From the sequence record SRR31156797_1267: a stretch of 34,958 nucleotides of DNA, one strand, 5' to 3'. The translations under genes and the position numbers were made by a program. Position 1 is the stretch's first letter. Every line of letters starts with the position of its first letter. The notes beneath the pieces are model-generated. The model had not been told where the DNA came from and ran no database searches. It worked only from the letters and a program-made list of their open reading frames with translations. Positions 17,913 to 26,125 of this stretch are shown here, piece after piece.

Positions 17913-19193
17913 CTAGCGATAGAAAATATTAGGTAAAACCAATGAAATTGATGGAATGTAAGTCAGAATAGCTAGAATTATTATCAGGATTAACAAAGGC
18001 TTGGTAATGGCTTTTACCATTTCTATTAATGTCATATTGCCCATCTGCATTCCGATATAGAGAAGAACCCCTAAAGGTGGGGTGATATAACCAATTCCTA
18101 GATTTACTGTCATCAGTAATCCAAAATGAACCGGGTCAACACCAAATTCTTTCAACATGGGGAGAAATATAGGCGTTAGAAGCAAGATGGCCGATATTAT
18201 ATCAATAAATGTTCCAACGATAAGCAACATGACATTGGATATGATCAAAAATAAAATTGGAGAGTGAACAGTGGAAACCACGGACATGGCCAATTGTTGC
18301 GGAATCCTCTCGATGGTCAAATATTCTCCGAGACAAGATGCACCGGTTATGATAATCACAAAGGAGGAGGTTATCATGCCTGCGTGTATAAAAATGCTGG
18401 GGATTTCCTTCCATTTGAGATCCCCGTATACCACCTTTTCAACAAATAATGCATAAAAGGCCGAGACCGCCGCAGCTTCGGTGACGGTGAAAGCTCCTGA
18501 AAAAATTCCTCCAAATATGAGAACCGGAAGGAACAGTGCCCATGCTCCGGATTTCACCGCCTCCCAAAATTCTTTGGAATCAGGGAAGGCTTTGGTTTCA
18601 AGGCCCTTTTTCTTACTATGGAGATAAACATAAAGACTTAAACCGAGCATAATCAAAATCCCCGGGAGGAATCCTGCCATAAAGAGCTCCCCTACGGATT
18701 CGGATGTCAGCAGGGCGTAGATAATTAAGGGAACGCTCGGAGGGATTATGATTCCCAATATGGGTGAGGCGGTCATAATTCCAAGGGCAAATGATTTTTC
18801 ATAGCCGCGTTCTTCCATGGCGGGAATCATGATTCCGCCGATGGCAACCATTGTGGCAATTGTTGATCCGGAAATGGAGCCGAAAAGTCCGCAGGCGATG
18901 ACCCCGGCAATGGCAAGGCCCCCGGGCAAGAAGCCGACCATGGTTTCGGTAAATTTGACCAATCTTACAGCTATGGTACCTCTTGCCATAATATCGCCGG
19001 TTAAAATAAAAAATGGAACTGCCAGAAGAGAAAATTTATCAATTGATCTAAAGAGTACCTGGGCAAGAACCATGGGATCGAACGTTGTGAAGCATAGGAT
19101 TACCAATAGCGATGTAAGAAAGAGGGCGACAAAAATAGGCGCCGACAAGAAAAAGAGCAAAAATAGCGCCGAAATCAGCACAAGATTTTCCAT
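17913..19193 (-). CDS. dctM: TRAP transporter large permease
   Basis: LLAVPFFILTGDIM, GSISGS, IIPPSVPLIIY, SVGELFMAG, TVTEAAA, GVDPVHFG, ITPPLG. Confidence 0.93.
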   Translation of the reverse strand: MENLVLISALFLLFFLSAPIFVALFLTSLLVILCFTTFDPMVLAQVLFRSIDKFSLLAVPFFILTGDIMARGTIAVRLVKFTETMVGFLPGGLAIAGVIACGLFGSISGSTIATMVAIGGIMIPAMEERGYEKSFALGIMTASPILGIIIPPSVPLIIYALLTSESVGELFMAGFLPGILIMLGLSLYVYLHSKKKGLETKAFPDSKEFWEAVKSGAWALFLPVLIFGGIFSGAFTVTEAAAVSAFYALFVEKVVYGDLKWKEIPSIFIHAGMITSSFVIIITGASCLGEYLTIERIPQQLAMSVVSTVHSPILFLIISNVMLLIVGTFIDIISAILLLTPIFLPMLKEFGVDPVHFGLLMTVNLGIGYITPPLGVLLYIGMQMGNMTLIEMVKAITKPLLILIIILAILTYIPSISLVLPNIFYR

Positions 19194-19272
19194 ATTGTCA
19201 AGCCCTCCTTATATTTTTGATCCAAATAAAAATTAACAAATATAATTCATGATAAATTAAATAATATCAATA

Positions 19273-19788
19273 TTATGTTTGTGTTTTTGATTTATCTTTT
19301 ATGTTATTAATAATTTCAATGATAGATCTTAAAAACATAAAAAATGCTGCAATACCAGGGATTGCATATAATATAAAAAACGGTATCCCCATCGCGATTG
19401 ACTTCTGATTCGTAATATATTGCATATATACAATATTTTTACTTATTACTATTACCGAAATACTGAATATGATAATAATAAAGGATCTAAAATAGTGGCT
19501 GAAACCTTCCAGGTAAGGGAAAAATTGGTATAGAACATCGACTTTCAAGTGCGTTCCTGCTTTTATTGCAGCGCTGGCCCCAATAAATACGACCAGCACA
19601 TTGCAATATCTTGCAAGTTCGGGAGGCCATGTCAATGGATATGAAAATACATAACGCATAACAACATTCAGCAATGAAACAAAAAGTGCAGTGGCCATTC
19701 CCAGAAACAGAATCGTGTTCTCCATACGCCCCAAAATCTTATCCGTTTTCCGGAGTACTGAAACGATCATTTGACTATTATTCTCCAT
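19273..19788 (-). CDS. dctQ: TRAP transporter small permease
   Basis: NVVMRYVF, WPPELARY, GTHLKVD; about four TM segments; lies between dctP and dctM; ATG at 19788. Confidence 0.88.
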   Translation of the reverse strand: MENNSQMIVSVLRKTDKILGRMENTILFLGMATALFVSLLNVVMRYVFSYPLTWPPELARYCNVLVVFIGASAAIKAGTHLKVDVLYQFFPYLEGFSHYFRSFIIIIFSISVIVISKNIVYMQYITNQKSIAMGIPFFILYAIPGIAAFFMFLRSIIEIINNIKDKSKTQT

Positions 19789-19914
19789 CCTTACTCGGGT
19801 TAAGGGCCATGGCTGCAATGCGGTAGGATTGCTAAGGCACGGAAAGCGTAAAGAGAGAAGAGCCGCAACTTGATAATTATTGCGGTGCGGCCCATTACTC
19901 AAAAAAGATTATTC

Positions 19915-20937
19915 CTATTTGTAACCAAGGAATCCATAGACTTTGTTCACATACTCTTTGCCGATTTTACCTTGAAATTCGGTATGTACGGAATCCATCA
20001 TCTTCACAAGTTTTTTCGTCTCCTCGGGCGAGAACTCGATTATTTCAACGCCTTTTTCTGCCAGGACCTTTTTTGCCTCAATTTCTTCGGCGCGGCTCGC
20101 CATCCTCTCTTGACGGCAGGTTTCTTTCATGACACGAAGAACGGTTTTTTCCAGTTGGGGGGGAAGGCTTTTAAGCCAGGATTTGTTCACCATTACGGCA
20201 AAAGTTCCATACCAATGGGCCGTATCTGTAACGTAAGGTGTCGCTTCATACAGTTTGGCCTTCCAAAGGGTTGTCCACGCCTGGTCAATTCCATCGACAA
20301 CCCCTTTTTTCAGGGCTTCGTAAGTTTCCGTAAAAGGGATAACAGTGGGGCTCGCCCCCATGGATCTTGTAATCGATTTTTGGATATAGGATTCGGGAAC
20401 TCTTATTTTGAGTCCTTTTATGTCATCGACGGTTCTAACCGGTTTATTGGTTCCAAGACATGCAAAACCGTAATCGATGAACCCAACAATCGTCGTATTG
20501 AGATGATCTGTCGCATGATACAGTTCTTCGACCAAATCGCTGTTCAGAAATTTTTCCACATCATCATAATTTCTAAAAATGAAAGGAAGGGTCATAAGCG
20601 AAAGCTTTATTGAATTCCCTCCAAGGCTGCATGCGGCCGGAGACCCCGGGAGCGCCACTTGAATTACATTCATAGATGCTTTGTTGGCCAACTGAATGCA
20701 TGAGCCTAACTGACCGCCCGGGAAATCCTGTACCTCGACCTTTCCGTTGGTGGCCTTTTCAAGGTTTTCTTTGAGCATTGATCCGAACCTGCCGCATGCC
20801 TGAAGGGGCGGGGCCACAATTGCGACTTTCATGACATACTCCGCTTCCGCACAGGCGCCCTGATGCGGAACATGGATTCCTGCCGCTAACATGATAACCA
20901 TACATAACAAAGCCGTTTTAACCATTCTTCCTGTCAT
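19915..20937 (-). CDS. dctP: TRAP transporter substrate-binding protein
   Basis: Signal peptide, FPGGQLG, LPFIF, DIKGLKIRVP (carboxylate-binding Arg), ETYEALKKGVVDG; RBS AAGGAG. Confidence 0.92.
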   Translation of the reverse strand: MTGRMVKTALLCMVIMLAAGIHVPHQGACAEAEYVMKVAIVAPPLQACGRFGSMLKENLEKATNGKVEVQDFPGGQLGSCIQLANKASMNVIQVALPGSPAACSLGGNSIKLSLMTLPFIFRNYDDVEKFLNSDLVEELYHATDHLNTTIVGFIDYGFACLGTNKPVRTVDDIKGLKIRVPESYIQKSITRSMGASPTVIPFTETYEALKKGVVDGIDQAWTTLWKAKLYEATPYVTDTAHWYGTFAVMVNKSWLKSLPPQLEKTVLRVMKETCRQERMASRAEEIEAKKVLAEKGVEIIEFSPEETKKLVKMMDSVHTEFQGKIGKEYVNKVYGFLGYK

Positions 20938-21018
20938 CAACCTTCTCCTTAGTTATGGGTTTTAAGTTGTCGGCCCCGTAAAGAGACCGATTATCACAAG
21001 GAACAGCCTCCTATTTAT

Positions 21019-21051
21019 TTGATCACTTGGATCCGAACATCAGGTGATCAA
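21019..21051. other. Inverted repeat overlapping the stop codon of the Fe-S gene
   Basis: TTGATCACTTG...CAGGTGATCAA, 11-bp arms with one mismatch. Confidence 0.45.
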
Positions 21052-22235
21052 GAAACGACTGCCGATTCAATGACCACTTCCGCCAAATCTTTCACGCAGA
21101 TCCGGTTCTCCTTATCCAGGGTCTTAATTGCGTCTTCAAAGTTGACAAGGCAGAATGGGCAAGCCGTCACCAGGACCTCCGCCCCGGTTTCAAGCGCCTC
21201 CTGGACACGTAATTCAGCCAAGCGGGGTTGTTCCGCGTATTCAGCCCACATTCTTCCGCCGCCCCCGCCACAGCAGAGACTTTGTCTCCCGGACCGGTTC
21301 ATCTCCACAAGCTCCATACCCGGGATAGCGTTGAGAATCTTTCTGGGCGCCTCAATGAGCGAGTTATGCTTCCCCAAGTAGCAGGGATCGTGAAAAGTGA
21401 CTTTGCTGGGTGTCTTATCAACTCCAAAAGAGATTTTTCGCTGATCCATGAGTTCCAAAAAAAGTTCCGTATAGTGGATGACTTGGATATTATCCAGATC
21501 CTGTGAATAATGGTTCTTGAAGCAGTCGAAGTCATGGGGCGAGGTGGTTACGATGGTTGCGATCCCCGCTTTTCTGAAGGCTTCGGCATTTTCCTCCTTC
21601 AACATTTCAAAAAGACCGGTTTCTCCCATTTGAAAGGCCGGATCACCGGAGCATTTCTCGTTTCCCATGATGGCAAAAGGGACTTGGCCGGCCTGCATTA
21701 TCTTGGATATTGATCTTGCCACATCCTGAACCCTTTGGTCATAGGAAGCGGTGCAACCCACAAAATATAGCGTATTGGGGTTTGAACCATTTTCAATTTT
21801 CGGGACTTTGAGTGAATCCGCCCATTCCGTTCTTTTGGATGGGGGCATCCGGTATGGGTTTCCCGAAACCTGCAGCGCCTCCAGAGCCTTCTGCTGTTCC
21901 CGGATCAAAGGAACCTCGTGATCCATTAAAACGAACCTTCCTGCTCGGATGGCGTCAACAAGCTTTACGCCCGCCATTATCCTTTCACAAATAATTTCGC
22001 AGCTCCCGCAGGTGGTGCAGCGCATGAGAATGTCTCTCAGGTCCTCGTCAATTTGATCAAACTTCAGTCCGTAGTAAAGGGATTGGGTGATCCCTGAACT
22101 TCCGTTAACGGTCCATCGATCGGAGACTTCATAGACCGGACATTCAGTGAAACAAAAACGGCACTTAACGCATTTGGAAACAATATCCAATATGTTATCG
22201 GTTACTTCCTTTATGGAATCGCTCACGGTTTCCAT
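21048..22235 (-). CDS. Fe-S oxidoreductase, GlcF/HdrD-like (two 4Fe-4S motifs plus CCG domains)
   Basis: CVKCRFCFTECP, CTTCGSCEIIC, FHDPCYLG, CCGGGGG, TACPFC. Confidence 0.9.
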   Translation of the reverse strand: METVSDSIKEVTDNILDIVSKCVKCRFCFTECPVYEVSDRWTVNGSSGITQSLYYGLKFDQIDEDLRDILMRCTTCGSCEIICERIMAGVKLVDAIRAGRFVLMDHEVPLIREQQKALEALQVSGNPYRMPPSKRTEWADSLKVPKIENGSNPNTLYFVGCTASYDQRVQDVARSISKIMQAGQVPFAIMGNEKCSGDPAFQMGETGLFEMLKEENAEAFRKAGIATIVTTSPHDFDCFKNHYSQDLDNIQVIHYTELFLELMDQRKISFGVDKTPSKVTFHDPCYLGKHNSLIEAPRKILNAIPGMELVEMNRSGRQSLCCGGGGGRMWAEYAEQPRLAELRVQEALETGAEVLVTACPFCLVNFEDAIKTLDKENRICVKDLAEVVIESAVVS

Positions 22236-22271
22236 TCCAACCTCCTAATAATCAAGACGGGCGACAGCGTT

Positions 22272-23681
22272 TCAGTATCCTTCCAGGACTCCTCGGCAGA
22301 GAATATTGTTCGGGTCGAAGACCTCCTTTATCCGCCTGACCAAACCATATGCTTCCTCACCATACCGCTCACGAAAGAATTTGGTTCGTTTACCGAATTG
22401 ACCCCATTCCCCGCCGCAGGTCTGAAATCTCAGATTCATCTCCGTCTCGATTTCGAACTCGGCCGCCACAAGTCTCCGTTTTTTTTCATTGTCCCAGTCT
22501 TTAGGGAGGATCGCCGTGGGATGGAAAGTCAAGGCGCCGATGTGGCCGAACAGATAAATGGGAACGTCTTCAAAAATAGGGTCCTTTTCTCCGTAGCGGC
22601 TCAGTTCACCGATGCACTCCACAAGATTCGGCAGGGCGCTGACGATCTCCGGCCCCGTAAACTGACCATTGTGTTTTTGCATTAAAGATGCGATGATAAT
22701 TTCGCGGGCAGTCCATATTTTCATCCACTCTTCAGCTGTTTCAATCTCCTCGGCCTTGACGGGGTCTTCCCTTTTCATCACCTCAAGGAGCCTTTTTACG
22801 TTGCCGGAGGCTTCTGCGCGTGTTCCACCCAGGGATGCAAAAAAGATTGAGCAGCCCGGAGGGACCGGGAGGCCTGCATGGGCAAAGCCTACGGCGGTGC
22901 TCCCTTTGTCCATAAATTCCATGAAAAGCGGTGCCGGGGCCTTTTCCCGATACATCCTCACAACGGCCCGGGCGACCGATTCGGGCTCTTGGAAATAGGC
23001 GATGCCAAAGGCTTTTTGTTTTTCCGGGACGAGCCGCATCCTGATTTTTGTGACAATGCCGGTTAGGGCGTCGTTGCCTACAAAAAACTTCGTGAGATCC
23101 GTCCCCGAGGGTTTTCTCAAAGCTTTGGATCCCGTTTCAAGGATTTCCCCCGTCGGGAGTACGACCCTTAATCCCAAAACGTAATCGGCCGGTTTTCCGA
23201 TGGATGCGTCGATAATGTGTCCACTGGTGTTTCCAGCCATCATCCCACCCATACTCGCCACCAGCTTGCTCCCCGGGTATACGGGAAGAAAAAAACCTTC
23301 CTTTGCCAATGCCAGATCCACGTTATTGACCGTAGCGCCCGGTCCGCATTCAAAAAAACCGTAATCCCTGTCTATCTCAATGGAATTGAGCCTGCTGGTG
23401 CTGAGGATAATCCCCTTCTCGGTCGGTCTTGCAGCCCCGGTCAAACCCGTACCCGAACCGCGCGGATAGACCGGGATATCTTCCCTGTTTGCGAACTTTA
23501 AGATTTCAGCGGTTTCCAATTCGCTGCCGGGCTTTACCACCACATATGGAAGCGTTTCCCTGTCAAGATCCAATTCATATGGATAGGCGTCGATTGAATT
23601 ATTAACGAACTCAAAAAAATTATTGGAAACGTACTTTTCACCGACTATTCCCCTTATGGATTCGTAAACCGTATTTGTCAT
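22272..23681 (-). CDS. FAD-binding oxidoreductase, GlcD / D-2-hydroxyacid dehydrogenase family
   Basis: PRGSGTGLTG, PGS..ASMGGM, YVLGLRVVLPTGE, DLTKFFVG, GIVTK, EFMD, KEVFDPNNIL. Confidence 0.88.
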   Translation of the reverse strand: MTNTVYESIRGIVGEKYVSNNFFEFVNNSIDAYPYELDLDRETLPYVVVKPGSELETAEILKFANREDIPVYPRGSGTGLTGAARPTEKGIILSTSRLNSIEIDRDYGFFECGPGATVNNVDLALAKEGFFLPVYPGSKLVASMGGMMAGNTSGHIIDASIGKPADYVLGLRVVLPTGEILETGSKALRKPSGTDLTKFFVGNDALTGIVTKIRMRLVPEKQKAFGIAYFQEPESVARAVVRMYREKAPAPLFMEFMDKGSTAVGFAHAGLPVPPGCSIFFASLGGTRAEASGNVKRLLEVMKREDPVKAEEIETAEEWMKIWTAREIIIASLMQKHNGQFTGPEIVSALPNLVECIGELSRYGEKDPIFEDVPIYLFGHIGALTFHPTAILPKDWDNEKKRRLVAAEFEIETEMNLRFQTCGGEWGQFGKRTKFFRERYGEEAYGLVRRIKEVFDPNNILCRGVLEGY

Positions 23682-23800
23682 AATGAAGACCTCTTGAAGA
23701 TCATGCCCTATTTAAAATGGAAATATTTTAAATTTTGTTTAAAGGCGTTACAAAAAAGCAGATGTTGAAGAAGTTGACGTAAATTGGCCACGTCAAAAAC

Positions 23801-25171
23801 CTAAGAGACAAGACGGGCAATTTCGGATGCATCACTGATCTCTTCAAACCTTTCAGCGATCTCGATGAGTCGCTGCGCCTTGGATGGCGATAGGACTTCT
23901 GCTGTCTGGGCGAGGAATTTTTGAACAACTTCTGCATGTGTTAAAGGTTTTTGCGGGTCCCCCTTGCAGTATTCCGTCTCTTTTTTATAAGTCCGCCCGT
24001 TTACGGTTTTGACCTCCAGCACGGTGATTGATTTTTCAGGCTCTTTTGCAAAAGCCTCAACGGCTTCCGGGAGGGTCTCCATTCGGACTTTTTTCATGAA
24101 TTTTTTGACGGCGTCGTCTTCAAACCGTTTCTCCACATACCATTCCGGTCCCGGTTTATAACCGAGGGCAGCGTTGGCAAAAGGCCAAGGGACGCTCCAG
24201 TAAGCATCTTCCGGATTGCCAGGATCGATATTGTCGTAGGGGTAGCCGGTTATTTTTTCATGGGCACGGTATATCACCTCTTCGATTTGGTCCGGTTCAA
24301 GCCCGTTTTGGGTCATGATATCCAGCAGTGATTCGATGCCGGGCTGAGCCCATCTGCATGTCGGCCACGGCTTAAAGGCCATGGCCGAACTCATCAGGAA
24401 ATCCTTGCCCAACCCTTCGGTATAGGTATCCCAGTTGTTGGTATCCGAAATGGTTGTCCAATAGGGATAGGGCTCGTCAAGAATCTCATGAAAGCCCGTA
24501 TAACCCATCTTGGCCAATAGGGCGGCGTTGATTCCCACGAAATTATGGAATTGATTGCCAAGCTTGGACATGGAGCCGGGTACGAAAAGAATATTGTGGA
24601 CATTCATGGTCGGCGCATTCCCCAGGCCCATTCCGAATGCATGCATGGCTTGATCCTCTGACAGGTTCAGGCATCGAATGGCAACAGCCAGCGGTCCGCA
24701 TCCTTGCCAGGTTTCATTCCAAACCTTCATCCTGTGCTCAGGGGTTGGAAAAGTCGCATCAATGATTCTTCCCGTTACATCATATGCACTGCAAACGGCG
24801 GTTAACATCTCTTTGCCGTTGAGTTTCTCCCTCTCCCCGAAACCCAAAGCGGTCATCACCATGCCGGAGCCGGGATGCGCTCTGTTTTTATAAGTCTCCA
24901 TCAACTCAAGACCCATGCATAACTGGGTGTTTACACCGGAGGCAATGCCAACGGGCACTTTGGCGCCATCCGAAAATAGGGTGGACTCAGGCGAGCCTCC
25001 CAGAATTTTACCCCAATCGATAATGATCTTGCCCGATTTTAAGACCGAACCGCCAAGGGCATTCCCGATTTCATCCAATACAAAGTCCTTTAATTTATTG
25101 ACAGTTGCTTTTGGGATATCTTCGAATTTGGCTTCCAACAGATAACGAACAAGCCTTTTCGTAACATTCAT
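23801..25171 (-). CDS. MmgE/PrpD family protein
   Basis: KFEDIP..TV, LDEIGNALGG, HPGS, GKEMLTA...YDV, FKPWPTC, KGDPQKPLT..EV..KF. Confidence 0.85.
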   Translation of the reverse strand: MNVTKRLVRYLLEAKFEDIPKATVNKLKDFVLDEIGNALGGSVLKSGKIIIDWGKILGGSPESTLFSDGAKVPVGIASGVNTQLCMGLELMETYKNRAHPGSGMVMTALGFGEREKLNGKEMLTAVCSAYDVTGRIIDATFPTPEHRMKVWNETWQGCGPLAVAIRCLNLSEDQAMHAFGMGLGNAPTMNVHNILFVPGSMSKLGNQFHNFVGINAALLAKMGYTGFHEILDEPYPYWTTISDTNNWDTYTEGLGKDFLMSSAMAFKPWPTCRWAQPGIESLLDIMTQNGLEPDQIEEVIYRAHEKITGYPYDNIDPGNPEDAYWSVPWPFANAALGYKPGPEWYVEKRFEDDAVKKFMKKVRMETLPEAVEAFAKEPEKSITVLEVKTVNGRTYKKETEYCKGDPQKPLTHAEVVQKFLAQTAEVLSPSKAQRLIEIAERFEEISDASEIARLVS

Positions 25172-25196
25172 CTTTTTCCTCCGGATGTTTTTAGGC

Positions 25197-25859
25197 TTAC
25201 ATTAAAAACGCTTTTACATGCTCGAATTTCTCTCTGCCATGCTGAATATGTTCAATGAGAAGCGCTTTCAAATCTTCCTGATCTTTTTTCTCAATTGCGG
25301 TCATGATTTCTTTATGGTCAGCAAGGGATTGTTGAGCACCTTCCGGTGCACTGAGACCGATTGCCCGCAACCACTGGAACTTGTCTACGAGGCTTGAAAT
25401 GGTATGGAAAAATACATCAGATTTTGTTGCTTTATATAATATGATATGAAATTCAGTTTCAAATCGGATTATATTGGGTAGATCATGTTTTCGAACGCTT
25501 TCTTGAGCCGCCGCCACATTTTGCCGAAGCGCCTCAATCTCGGAGTCCGTGATCCTTTCAATAATGTAAGGAACCGCGAACGCCTCAAAAGCGATTCGGA
25601 TCGCAAAATATTCTTCCACCTCCTTGGGGGTCAGCTTCCTCACCAAAAACCCCAATTTCGGATGGCATTCGACGAGCCTTTCATTTTCCAACAACAGGAG
25701 CGCTTCCCTGACGGGAGTTCTGCTCATTTTCAGATCTTCGGCGATTTCATTTTCAAAGATCTTGTCTCCCGGTTTCAGGGCCAAGTAGATGATTCTATTC
25801 TTTATTTCTTCGTATGCCTTGGCCCTGAGGCTTGCACTTTTTTGTGGTTTCTTTTTCAT
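25197..25859 (-). CDS. GntR family regulator (FCD domain)
   Basis: LKPGDKI.E..IAEDLKMSRTPVREAL winged HTH; FH, DH and EH residues of the FCD domain. Confidence 0.93.
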   Translation of the reverse strand: MKKKPQKSASLRAKAYEEIKNRIIYLALKPGDKIFENEIAEDLKMSRTPVREALLLLENERLVECHPKLGFLVRKLTPKEVEEYFAIRIAFEAFAVPYIIERITDSEIEALRQNVAAAQESVRKHDLPNIIRFETEFHIILYKATKSDVFFHTISSLVDKFQWLRAIGLSAPEGAQQSLADHKEIMTAIEKKDQEDLKALLIEHIQHGREKFEHVKAFLM

Positions 25860-25881
25860 ATATTAACTCATATATCAATAA

Positions 25882-25899
25882 ATATATCGCACGATATAT
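25882..25899. promoter_or_regulatory. Putative GntR operator
   Basis: Perfect 8-bp dyad ATATATCG-CA-CGATATAT between the gntR start and a minus-strand TTGACA (25923-25928). Confidence 0.6.
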
Positions 25900-26125
25900 A
25901 GGTAAGCATATACTCCGTTTTCTGTCAAGAAAATATTTTCCCAAACTGGAATTCTGATCTGGTAAATCAACGAAAAAATGAATTGTGATCCTGACCACCT
26001 TTGGACAAGGTCTTGGGGACGTCCATTCTTTAAACGGCTCTTGAGATGGATTCTTTTGCTTATGAAATTAAATTTTTTTGCAGGTATGGCTTTTAAGAAA
26101 AAGGTTTTGGGCTAATGGAAGCCTC

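Noticed and set aside
5751-19902. Extended N-termini given in the ORF track (5751, 7426, 9492, 13789, 14609, 19902)
   Set aside because: Downstream starts fit RBS position or family N-termini better and mostly avoid long overlaps
21015-21050. TGA stop of the Fe-S gene followed by a hairpin, a possible selenocysteine/SECIS signal
   Set aside because: The protein is already complete, read-through would add only about 11 residues before TAA, and the position is not a conserved Cys
23801-25171. 2-methylcitrate cycle (prpD)
   Set aside because: No prpB or prpC nearby and the motifs are divergent
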